From Leptolyngbyaceae cyanobacterium (GTDB lineage Bacteria > Cyanobacteriota > Cyanobacteriia > Phormidesmidales > Phormidesmidaceae), in NCBI GenBank assembly GCA_050331235.1, contig JBHJHA010000020.1, positions 1 through 64,000 on the forward strand: a DNA stretch of 64,000 bases, in the 5' to 3' direction. A program made the position numbers and the translations under genes. Each line of letters starts with the position of its first letter. Positions within the stretch are counted from its first letter, which is position 1. The notes beneath the pieces were generated by a model. The model searched no databases. It was not told the origin of the DNA and saw only the letters and a list, made by a program, of their open reading frames with translations. Below, piece by piece: positions 50,625 through 59,905 of the stretch.

Positions 50625-51076
50625 ATGGAGTGTTGCGTGCTGTCCATGCATTCGGATGAAATGCCCAATAATTTTATAAATGCCGTTTGAGTGCCAGCAG
50701 AAAAGTCTGGTAGATAGCCTTTTAAGAGGCTACAGCGGGTCGTTAGTTGCTACCGCTGAAACTTCCGAAGCTGCAGGAAACTTCGACAAATTTCCAAGCA
50801 GGTTTTCCATTGGTAATAACGGGGTTTGGGATGAACGTCGGAACCAAATGGAGCTGATAAAACGCAATAGAACACAACTGTAGGCGATCGCTGGTGTCTG
50901 CCCCACTGAGCTAGCCAATAAATCATGCCGAGGGTAGAGCACCATGCCCCGAAGACTTTGGACATTATTCATTAGGAGAGTTGCTGATTCAGCGCGATCG
51001 CCCTAGCATTAAAACCACCAGACCCAATCAACGGAGTTCCTAGTGGGTCTGACATTCGCTACAGTGTTGCTTAACT

Positions 51077-52208
51077 ATGCTCGATAAAACAGACTTAAAG
51101 CGCGAACTCGCGACGTTGACGCAGCGCCTGGGCACCGCTCAGGAGTATCTTTGACGTTGACGCCATCACTGCCAACATTCGAGATCTAGAACAGCAGGCC
51201 GCCCAACCGGAGTTATGGGACGACCAAGCTCGAGCTCAACAGATTTTGCAAGAGCTGAACGACAATAAGGCTCAGCTAGAACAGCTCAAAACCTGGCAAA
51301 CTCGGCTCGATGATACCGAGGCCATCTTAGAGCTGCTGGAAGACGACGATGACGAAACCTTGCTGGCTGAGGCTCAAGCCACCCTGGACGAGATGTCTCG
51401 GGCACTGGATTTGTGGGAACTACAGCAGCTGCTCTCAGGTCCCTACGACAAGAATGGGGCCGTCTTGACGATCAATGCTGGGGCCGGTGGCACCGATGCC
51501 CAAGATTGGGCCGAGATGCTGCTCCGCATGTATACGCGCTGGGCCGAATCCCAGGGCTATAAGGCGGCGTTGCTGGAACTATCTGAGGGCGATGAGGCTG
51601 GACTCAAGTCAGCGACCCTGGAAATTTCTGGTCGCTATGCATTTGGCTATCTCAAAGCTGAAAAAGGTACCCATCGACTGGTGAGAATTTCACCCTTTAA
51701 TGCCAACGGTAAGCGACAGACCAGTTTTGCGGGGGTCGAGGTGATGCCCATTTTAGACCAGTCAATCGAGCTCGAGATTCCCGAAAAAGACTTGGAAATC
51801 AAAACCTCGCGGTCTGGTGGTGCCGGTGGTCAAAACGTCAATAAGGTTGAAACTGCCGTTCGGGTGACTCACTTACCTACGGGAATCTCGGTGCGCTGTA
51901 CCCAAGAGCGATCGCAGTTGCAAAACCGTGAAAAGGCGATGGCTCTCCTCAAAGCTAAGCTTTTGGTGATTGCCCAAGAGCAGCAGGCCCAGGCAGTTGC
52001 CGAGATTCGGGGCGATATTGTCGAAGCGGCCTGGGGCAATCAGATTCGCAACTATGTCTTTCACCCCTATCAAATGGTGAAAGATCTCCGCACTAATGAA
52101 GAAACCACAGCAGTCAGCGATGTTATGGATGGGGAGTTAGATCCATTCATTCAGGCCTATTTGCGACAAGATACGCAGATCGCCCCAACAGCAGAGGTCA
52201 CAGCCTAA
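51077..52208 (+). CDS. prfB: Peptide chain release factor 2 with programmed +1 frameshift
   Basis: Frame 0 reads [10 protein letters not shown]...AQEYL, then CTT-TGA-C at 51149-51155 with internal SD AGGAG (51141-45). The +1 frame contains SPF and GGQ. Confidence 0.97.
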
Positions 52209-52306
52209 AGTCCCTGAGGGGAGGACATCTCTACCGGCTTTTACAAACTAAGCCGTCACATTCAGCTAAATTGATCAGAGTTAAGCTCCCCACCCCCAAC
52301 GGATAA

Positions 52307-53854
52307 ATGGTTACGTTCTTGATTTTCTTGGCTGCGGTTGCCCTCTTGGTTTGGGGCTTTGTGCGCGCCCGCCCCTACGGCAAAATCGGCATCCTGGCCT
52401 GGTTACAGTCAGTCGTCCTGATGTTGCCATGGCTGTTATTCTTTGGCCTATTTACCTTAGGAATTTATTTCAACTTAGCTGGGGTGTTGTTTTTAGTCTT
52501 GGCCTCGGCAGCCGTTTACATTTACTTAGGCAGACAGCTGCGGGCACTGGGCCAGGAGGAACTCGCTGCGCAGAAGCTCAAAAAACTGATGGCAGCTTCT
52601 GCCTCTGAGACCTCCGGGAAACTGGCCGACTCAGAGGATGACGAGATGGGCCCCAGCCTCCATTCGGAGCTATCCTCAAAAGGCACCGATTCAGAAGCCG
52701 CTGATGATGAACCCTTAGGCTCCCCCGATACCGAGGAGGAAATTCCCACCATTGCGGCGGCAGATCGGACCGCTCTAGAGGGCATTTTTGGGATCGATAC
52801 GTTTTTTCGGACTGAGACTGTGCCCTATGACCAAGGGGCCATCTTTAAGGGCAATCTGCGGGGGGAGCCTGAAGCCACCATCACTAAGCTCACAGACTTG
52901 GCCGAAGCGCGCCTAGAGGGGCGCTATCGGCTGTATTTGCTGGCGGATCCCCAAGCTAAGCCAGTGGTTTTGGCCCTACCCAAAACCAGTGATCCTAAGC
53001 CCCTTACCCCTTTTCAAAAAGTGGCTGCGGTCGGATTGGCGATCGCAACCTTTTTGACCTGCTTAGAAGCCAGTGGAATTCTAATGGGATTTGATCTGCT
53101 GGTCACCCCGGAAAAATGGCGCAGCGCCTTGCCCTTTGCTGTGGGCACTGCCGCCGTTCTCTTGACCCACGAACTGGGGCACTGGCTAATGGCGCAGCGT
53201 TTAGACGTCCGCCTGAGCTGGCCCTTTTTTATTCCCACTTGGGAAATTGGCTCGTTTGGAGCCCTGACGCGCATTGAGTCGGTGTTGCCCCAGCGCTCAG
53301 CCCTGTTTGACATTGCGATCGCGGGACCTGCTGCCGGGGGCTTACTCTCCTTTGGTCTGTTGATCTTAGGCTTTGTGCTGTCTCAGCCGGGCAGTCAGTT
53401 TCAGCTACCGGGCGAGTTTTTTCAGGGGTCGGTATTGGTGGGCACCCTGGCCAAAGTTGTCTTGGGCGATGCCTTAACCCAGTCCCTGGTAGATATTCAT
53501 CCATTGGTGTTAGTCGGTTGGCTGGGGCTCATCATCACCGCCTTGAACCTGTTGCCGGCAGGTCAACTCGACGGGGGGCGAATTGTGCAGTCGATTTATG
53601 GGCGCAAAATAGCCGGTCGAGCCACAGTGATTACGCTGATCATCCTAGCGATCGCGTCTTTGGCTAATCCCCTAGCGCTGTACTGGGCCGTGCTAATTCT
53701 CTTCCTGCAGCGCAATCAAGAGCGTCCCGCCACTAACGAACTGACCGAACCCGACGATGCTAGAGCGGCCTTGGGACTATTGGCATTATTTCTAACGCTG
53801 GCCACCTTGTTGCCGTTAACGCCCTCCCTGGCAGGACGGTTGGGCATTGGTTAG
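52307..53854 (+). CDS. Site-2 (M50) intramembrane metalloprotease, EGY-like
   Basis: HELGH, IAIAGP and NLLPAGQLDGG. Confidence 0.9.
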   Translation: MVTFLIFLAAVALLVWGFVRARPYGKIGILAWLQSVVLMLPWLLFFGLFTLGIYFNLAGVLFLVLASAAVYIYLGRQLRALGQEELAAQKLKKLMAASASETSGKLADSEDDEMGPSLHSELSSKGTDSEAADDEPLGSPDTEEEIPTIAAADRTALEGIFGIDTFFRTETVPYDQGAIFKGNLRGEPEATITKLTDLAEARLEGRYRLYLLADPQAKPVVLALPKTSDPKPLTPFQKVAAVGLAIATFLTCLEASGILMGFDLLVTPEKWRSALPFAVGTAAVLLTHELGHWLMAQRLDVRLSWPFFIPTWEIGSFGALTRIESVLPQRSALFDIAIAGPAAGGLLSFGLLILGFVLSQPGSQFQLPGEFFQGSVLVGTLAKVVLGDALTQSLVDIHPLVLVGWLGLIITALNLLPAGQLDGGRIVQSIYGRKIAGRATVITLIILAIASLANPLALYWAVLILFLQRNQERPATNELTEPDDARAALGLLALFLTLATLLPLTPSLAGRLGIG

Positions 53855-53907
53855 CCTGTATATAGGCCTCTCTAGTCCCTGAGCATGGTGAACTTTTTCC
53901 TGGGGCC

Positions 53908-54108
53908 GCGACGCTGCATCGCCTTGGTGACAGCGTATTTCCCTTAGGGAGCAGTCTCGGCTCGAGGTTTGATGGCGCAGTTTGTGGGTGTTCTCCAGTA
54001 ATGGGTGAAACAACCACACAGCAGACGCTTGAGCCAAGAGTTTCCCGCGCTGGTTCGAGACCAGGGAGGCCAACTTCTTGAGTTGGTGCCAGGTGCGGCC
54101 GCAGCGGT
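53908..54108 (-). ncRNA. ssrS: 6S RNA
   Basis: ~200-nt rod-like fold: 5' ACCGCTGCGGCCGCACCTGG pairs with 3' CCAAGGCGATGCAGCG, and GGGAAACTCTTGGCTCAAG pairs with CTCGAGCCGAGACTGCTCCC around a central bubble. Resembles cyanobacterial 6S from recall; ends approximate. Confidence 0.78.
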
Positions 54109-54351
54109 GAGTAAGTAGGCTGCTTCATGGTTCTTTATGCTCGGTGCAAGTTGGGACTTCAGGTTTGATGAGAACATTGGAAGAATGCTCTATCGCTTGT
54201 TTGGTTCTAAGTAACCGCCACCCATAGCAAGGTGAATCGCTGAAATACTTTGCCCCCACTGCAGATAGCGTTCTATCTCAACTGCCAATTCTAATCTCAA
54301 GCTGATTTAGCCTGACTTGTTCCGTTTTTATATCAATAGTTTTTTATCTCA

Positions 54352-55776
54352 ATGACAGATGCCCCTTCGCGGTCAAAAAGTCTTCCGCATTATTCCAGGA
54401 TTCTTAAAGCACTTGAGGTGACTCACGCTCTGGCTCGCCAGACCAATTCCGCGCAGGTGGCCAGCCTATCTTTTGGGCTGCCGCCGATTGACCCATTGGC
54501 TGTGCTGCTGACGTTGCCTGAGGTAGAGCAACATCAATGCTACTTTGAGTCCCCGTCGCGGGGGGTGGCCATTGCCGCCTGGGATGCAGTGATGTGTGAG
54601 CAGTTCAGCGGGCGCGATCGCTTTCATCGGGCGCGCCAGGTCTTGACCCGCTGGCAAGCTCAGGTCTGCGCTTTTCCTCAACGTCGGGAAGGACCTTATT
54701 TTTTTTGCAGTTTTTCATTCTTTGAAACCCTGCAGCCTGCGATTGCGGGGTTTGCCCCGGCCACAATTCTGTTGACTCGCTGGCAAGTGGTGCGCCAGCA
54801 CGGCCGCCACGCGCTGATAGCGAACGTTCTAGTGCAGCCGCACACCCGACTACATGCGCTGGCCCGAGAAGTTGCCCAGCAGGTGCACCAGTTAGCGTCC
54901 TTTGTCCCGAGTGCGCGAACTTTGGGCAGTCGCCACTGGGCCGCTGGGACACCCTGGCATCCGCGGTTAGCCGTGCAGGAAGGCGAAGTCTTTCAGCAGG
55001 GGGTACGAGATGCGTTAGCTGCCATTCGCGCCCGAACAATTGAAAAGCAAGTAGTTGCGCAGGTTTTTGATGTGACTCGGAGTTCTCCCTTTACCCGGAC
55101 AACAGCGCTGCCGCGGCTGCGATCGCAGTATCCCGACTGCTATATATTTTCATTTTCCGGCAAAGGCGATCGCCATTTTATCGGAGCGAGCCCAGAGCGG
55201 TTGTTGAGCATCCATCAGGGACGCTTAGTCACGGATGCCCTGGCCGGTTCTGCCCCCCGGGGAAAGACTCCAGAGCGCGATCGGGCGATCGGTCAACGCT
55301 TGCTCAACACCCACAAAGAGCAGCAGGAACATCAGTTAGTGCTCGACTTTATCATCAAACGCTTGGAGGCAGAAGGGCTCACCCCTTGCTACAGTACCCC
55401 ACCGGGACTGCTGCGCTTATCGAACATTCAGCATTTGCATACCCCTATTTGTGCTGAGGTGCCGAGTCACATCTCACCATTGACCCTGGTAGAGTCGCTG
55501 CATCCTACCCCAGCTGTTGCTGGAGTCCCTACCCAAGCCGCGTGCGAGCGTATCCGCCAGGTCGAGGCTGGCGATCGCGGCCTCTATGCGGCTCCCCTAG
55601 GCTGGATTGACCCCTACGGTAATAGTGAATTTATTGTCGGCATCCGGTCAGCCCTGATTCATCAAAATCATGCTCGGCTATACGCCGGGGCAGGCATTGT
55701 GGCTGAGTCTGAGCCAAGTCAGGAGCTAGCGGAAATTCAACTTAAACTCCAAGCGTTGGCCCAGTCTTTAGGATAG
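54352..55776 (+). CDS. menF: Isochorismate synthase
   Basis: FIGASPERL, ALAGSAPRG, KEQQEH, LHPTPAVAG and YAGAGIV. Confidence 0.9.
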   Translation: MTDAPSRSKSLPHYSRILKALEVTHALARQTNSAQVASLSFGLPPIDPLAVLLTLPEVEQHQCYFESPSRGVAIAAWDAVMCEQFSGRDRFHRARQVLTRWQAQVCAFPQRREGPYFFCSFSFFETLQPAIAGFAPATILLTRWQVVRQHGRHALIANVLVQPHTRLHALAREVAQQVHQLASFVPSARTLGSRHWAAGTPWHPRLAVQEGEVFQQGVRDALAAIRARTIEKQVVAQVFDVTRSSPFTRTTALPRLRSQYPDCYIFSFSGKGDRHFIGASPERLLSIHQGRLVTDALAGSAPRGKTPERDRAIGQRLLNTHKEQQEHQLVLDFIIKRLEAEGLTPCYSTPPGLLRLSNIQHLHTPICAEVPSHISPLTLVESLHPTPAVAGVPTQAACERIRQVEAGDRGLYAAPLGWIDPYGNSEFIVGIRSALIHQNHARLYAGAGIVAESEPSQELAEIQLKLQALAQSLG

Positions 55777-56139
55777 CTATGGACTTGGCGCTGCTGCTGC
55801 CTCGTCTTGGCGAATGTTTTACAAAACCTGTATTTCATTCAAGACATCGGCTGAGTCGTCTACAGTCAGACAAGGAAGCTGCTGCCAATTGAAACGTGAC
55901 GTTCTGTCCTGCGAGATGGTCTCTACCTTAAAATTGGGCGCGCTGGTTGATAGTGGCTAATCATCAACGAGAGACGACCGAATTTATGGCCTGGAGCTGT
56001 CGTTGACACAATCGATACCACAGGCTGTGACGAACTAACGTCTAATTCCAGCAGCTACGGTTAATGTCCAGTGTCTGTTTTGGTTTTTGACTCAAATCCC
56101 GACTGATTGTCCTGTCGTCAAGCGCATACCCTCGCACTC

Positions 56140-56631
56140 ATGACTCACACTACGACTCTCCAGCATCTCGAAACCAGTGTTGCTGACAATTGCAAATTAC
56201 CCGTCATCAAAACCTCTGCCGATTATCAGGTTTACCGTATCAGTCCTGAAGATCGAAACCGGCTGGCGATTGTGTTTGATCCTAAAACGGCTGATGTTTC
56301 GCTTACCTACTGCGTTGAGATTTTTGAGGCGGGCGGACAAACCCCGGCTCATCGCCATAATGCCGCCGTCGAGATGTTTTACGTGCTCAAGGTTCAGGGT
56401 GAGGCGGTCTGCGACGGCAAGGTTGTCTCGCTACGAGCGGGTGACAGTATCTTAATTCCCAACAGCGGCACCCATCTGGTGCGCAATGTGGGGCGCGATC
56501 GCCTATACATGCTGTGCATTATGGTGCCTAATGAGGACTTTGCTGAGCTCATTCGCAATGGCATTCCCGATGAGCTCGATGAAGAGGATCTACGGGTGCT
56601 CAATCGCACCGATAGCTTCCTTCCGGGTTAG
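56140..56631 (+). CDS. Cupin-domain protein
   Basis: TPAHRHNAAVEMFYVL and GDSILIPNSGTH; start adjusted. Confidence 0.85.
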   Translation: MTHTTTLQHLETSVADNCKLPVIKTSADYQVYRISPEDRNRLAIVFDPKTADVSLTYCVEIFEAGGQTPAHRHNAAVEMFYVLKVQGEAVCDGKVVSLRAGDSILIPNSGTHLVRNVGRDRLYMLCIMVPNEDFAELIRNGIPDELDEEDLRVLNRTDSFLPG

Positions 56632-56654
56632 CCCTGGTCCCATCAAGATCAACA

Positions 56655-58907
56655 TCAATGCCCCTGAGCTTCTGCATGTTGCACAATTTGTGCGGTGATT
56701 TGTAGGGCCGACGCGTCGACAGAAAGCCCCATAATCTTTTGTCGCACGGCCGCTTCAACTAAGTCTGGGTACCGGCTCGGAAATGCTCCGCATAAACAAC
56801 AGTCGATATTCTCCCGTTGTGCAACTTGAATGAGCTGGCTAACTGCCGCTAGCACGGCGGGATGCGTCTCGTTGTAAGGATCTGTAAAGACTGCCTGATC
56901 GCGATCGACTCCCAGCAACAGTTGAGTCAAATCATGGGCCCCAATCGCGATGCCGCGAATGCCCGCTGCTGCATACTGCGGCAGCATAAACAGCACTGAG
57001 GGCACCTCTGCCATCATCCATAGGGCAAAGTCCGGATGACGACCCAGACCAGTGGCTTCGACCAACGCTCGACAGTCACTCACTTCTTCCACCGTGCGGA
57101 CAAAAGGCAACAACAACTGTATATTGGTAAGCCCTTCGTCTTGGAGCTGCTTGAGCAAGCGAAGCTCAAGGTCAAAAAATTCCGGGTGGTGATAGTAGCT
57201 GTAAGCCCCGCGAACGCCGAGCATTGGATTTGACTCGACTGGGGGAGCCCCTTCTAAATCCGCAAACTCACTCGTGCGGATATCAAGGGTCCGGTAACGC
57301 ACCGGACGCGGTGCAAAAGCCGACAATATCGGGCGGAGCAGCTTAACCAAGGCTGCGAGTAGCTGATCGCCACGGCCACTGGTGAGCCAATAGTAAGGGT
57401 GCTGTTGCTCGAGAACGGGCATCATCAGCCACTCCGAGCGCAAAATGCCGACACCCGCCACGGACAAATGGGAAATTGCCGTAGCTAGGTCCGGCTGACT
57501 AAGGTTGACCCAAATCTCAGTCCGCGTTGTCGCCAGTGGACCAGTAGGCCAGTGTGGTGTAGCCGTTGCTAGGTCAGTGATCTCCGGGAGGCGAGTAACC
57601 AAGCCGCGATCGCCATCGAGCTCTAACGCCTCACCGGGCTGAAATTGTTGAGTGGCATTGGCGACCCCAACGATTGCCGGTATCCCCAGTTCCCGCGCCA
57701 TCACCGCCGCATGGCTCGTTAGCCCACCTCGCTCAGAGATAATGCCTCTAGCTGTTTTCAACAAGGGCAACCAAGCCGGCATGACTTCTTGGGCAATGAT
57801 GATATGCAGCTCTGCCGCCTGGGGCAGGGGTTGATGCGCCGACAATACCAGTGCCCGGCCCTGGCATCGGCCAGGCGCGGCCCCTGCACCCTGGTAGATC
57901 AGGTCACCGGCCTGAGCGTCCTGTGGCACTGGTTGAACGACCCAAGGATGGAGCGGCCATCTGTCGGCTCGAATAATATGCAACTGGCTGTCGGTGTCGA
58001 GGCCCCAGTCAATATGTAGCGGTTGGCTTGCCCAAGCAGTGAGCCATTGAGCAAAGGTTTGTAAGGCTTGCTGGGCTGCTGTGGATAGGGTGAGGTCAGT
58101 GCTATCTCGACTTTCACCAATCAAGCAGGCTGCTAATATGTCCTTTGCCGGGTCGTCTTTAAGGGCATGGTGACGATAGCGTTGCTCTTGATATCCTGGC
58201 TGCCAGTGAAACGAAGGTGTCTCAGGCAGGCTTTTGCCGATGGTGGGGTAAGCCTCAGACATCGCCTGGGCCAGACCGTCTACCGCAGCGATCGCCACTT
58301 CTGATGGCCGTACAGTCATCGTGCCAGAGCAGGTCACGGCTTCTACGGCTTGCACCACAATTGCCAATTCGACCCGGGCCGGGGGCTCCCCAGTCGTTGG
58401 AGCGGTCAGCCAGTGCCCCCAGTAGGTCAAACTGCTGGCATCCACTGCCGCTAACCAGATTTGCTTGACGGCGATCGCCAACGCCTCTGAATCGGCCCAA
58501 CAAAAGGGGGAGGGCAGCATCTGGCTCCAGGGAGCGGCAGCAGCACCGTTGCTAAGCCAAATTGAGGGCAATAGCCGCAGTACAGGTAGCTGAAATTGCT
58601 CGACCAAAGTTGAGCAATCCATGGGCAAAGGCAAGCGGCTGAGGGGACCGCTGAGTCGCTTGGCAAGATGCTGAACGGAATAGCCCGTTTCTGCCTGATG
58701 CTGCCAAAGCAGTCGCGGCCAATCACTGTAAATCGGATCCCGCGAAGTTAACTGCTGCAAAGCTTGGTGAAAACAGGTCGGCGAAATCACCCAGGTTGGA
58801 GGCACCCGCTGTCCTGCTTGCTGGAGTTGGCACAGATAAGCAGCAGTTTCCCCAGTCTGGCTGGGATCGACATCGATGAGTTGATTTAGGGAGAGAAATG
58901 GAGTCAT
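56655..58907 (-). CDS. PEP-synthase-like protein with a degenerate N-terminal nucleotide-binding domain
   Basis: GGLTSHAAVMARELG, GVGILRSE, NPMLGVRG, MAEVPS and DLTQLLLGVDR; start adjusted to MTPFLS. Confidence 0.82.
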   Translation of the reverse strand: MTPFLSLNQLIDVDPSQTGETAAYLCQLQQAGQRVPPTWVISPTCFHQALQQLTSRDPIYSDWPRLLWQHQAETGYSVQHLAKRLSGPLSRLPLPMDCSTLVEQFQLPVLRLLPSIWLSNGAAAAPWSQMLPSPFCWADSEALAIAVKQIWLAAVDASSLTYWGHWLTAPTTGEPPARVELAIVVQAVEAVTCSGTMTVRPSEVAIAAVDGLAQAMSEAYPTIGKSLPETPSFHWQPGYQEQRYRHHALKDDPAKDILAACLIGESRDSTDLTLSTAAQQALQTFAQWLTAWASQPLHIDWGLDTDSQLHIIRADRWPLHPWVVQPVPQDAQAGDLIYQGAGAAPGRCQGRALVLSAHQPLPQAAELHIIIAQEVMPAWLPLLKTARGIISERGGLTSHAAVMARELGIPAIVGVANATQQFQPGEALELDGDRGLVTRLPEITDLATATPHWPTGPLATTRTEIWVNLSQPDLATAISHLSVAGVGILRSEWLMMPVLEQQHPYYWLTSGRGDQLLAALVKLLRPILSAFAPRPVRYRTLDIRTSEFADLEGAPPVESNPMLGVRGAYSYYHHPEFFDLELRLLKQLQDEGLTNIQLLLPFVRTVEEVSDCRALVEATGLGRHPDFALWMMAEVPSVLFMLPQYAAAGIRGIAIGAHDLTQLLLGVDRDQAVFTDPYNETHPAVLAAVSQLIQVAQRENIDCCLCGAFPSRYPDLVEAAVRQKIMGLSVDASALQITAQIVQHAEAQGH

Positions 58908-59198
58908 GGAGACTGCCAAAAAATCGTCACGCACAAAACCAGAGAACCGGAAAACCGGGCTTTGGCTTGCTGTAAGGATAAACGAGTCGCCCAATTGCGC
59001 TAGAGACGAGCTGGACGGAGTGTCCGCAAAGGCACTTACCCAGGACGCCACTATGTTTGGCTAAACAACTTTGCCCTCGTGGGTTTCACGCTGGTCTGCC
59101 ACCGTTGTCTGTTGAGAGAATAGCGCCAGTCAAGCGATCGTAAAGGCCCCAGTCAGGCGATCCGTTGGTCCGCTACGGTTCTATTAATTTCATCAAAT

Positions 59199-59876
59199 AT
59201 GTTGACTCAGTCGTTAAGAACGGTAACCAACCTGTTTCTAGCGCAATCTTGCCCTTTGTGTGAGCGCTCAACGGCGCAGACACTCTGTGCATCCTGTTGG
59301 CAACAACTAGAGAACTGTCAATGGGCTCACCCAGCACAAACAACGTCACCTAAGGGTCTACCGACCTTAGCCTGGGGACATTACCAAGGGGAACTCAAGC
59401 GGGCGATCACGACGATGAAATACAATCAATGCCCAGATTTGGCAAGACCCCTGGGACAAGCCCTCGGGGGCTGCTGGCAACACAGGCAGGCCGCTCGTCG
59501 TCCTCCATTAGTCGTCCCCATTCCGATGCATGCTCACAAACAGCGGCAGCGGGGCTTCAATCAAGCGGCTCTCATTGCTGAAGCTTTTTGTGCTCGCACA
59601 GGTTTGCCGCTCGCAAAAGCGGGACTTCTGCGGACTAAGGCCACAACGCCGCAGTTTGGCTTAGGGCTAGCCGAGCGCCAACACAATCTTTCAGGAGCCT
59701 TTGCCCTAGGACCCTACTTTCAACGTCAGCGCCCTACGCGCCCAGTTTTATTGCTTGACGATATCTACACCACCGGCACCACCATGCAGATGGCGGCTTT
59801 AGCGCTTCGCCGTAGCGGGGTTTCCGTTTGTGGGGCCGTCGTCGTTGCCCGCGCGACCCTTGAAACGCCCAATTAA
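59199..59876 (+). CDS. comF: ComF-family phosphoribosyltransferase-like competence protein
   Basis: CPLC...CASC, RGFNQA and LLLDDIYTTGTT. Confidence 0.9.
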   Translation: MLTQSLRTVTNLFLAQSCPLCERSTAQTLCASCWQQLENCQWAHPAQTTSPKGLPTLAWGHYQGELKRAITTMKYNQCPDLARPLGQALGGCWQHRQAARRPPLVVPIPMHAHKQRQRGFNQAALIAEAFCARTGLPLAKAGLLRTKATTPQFGLGLAERQHNLSGAFALGPYFQRQRPTRPVLLLDDIYTTGTTMQMAALALRRSGVSVCGAVVVARATLETPN

Positions 59877-59905
59877 TAGACCGATCGCTCAGATGACCGC
59901 CAGTC

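Noticed and set aside
50680..50972. Short ORFs between nirA and prfB
   Set aside because: Mutually overlapping, no motifs, and located in a divergent promoter region.
53760..54177. Three minus-strand ORFs
   Set aside because: Better explained by the 6S RNA structure.
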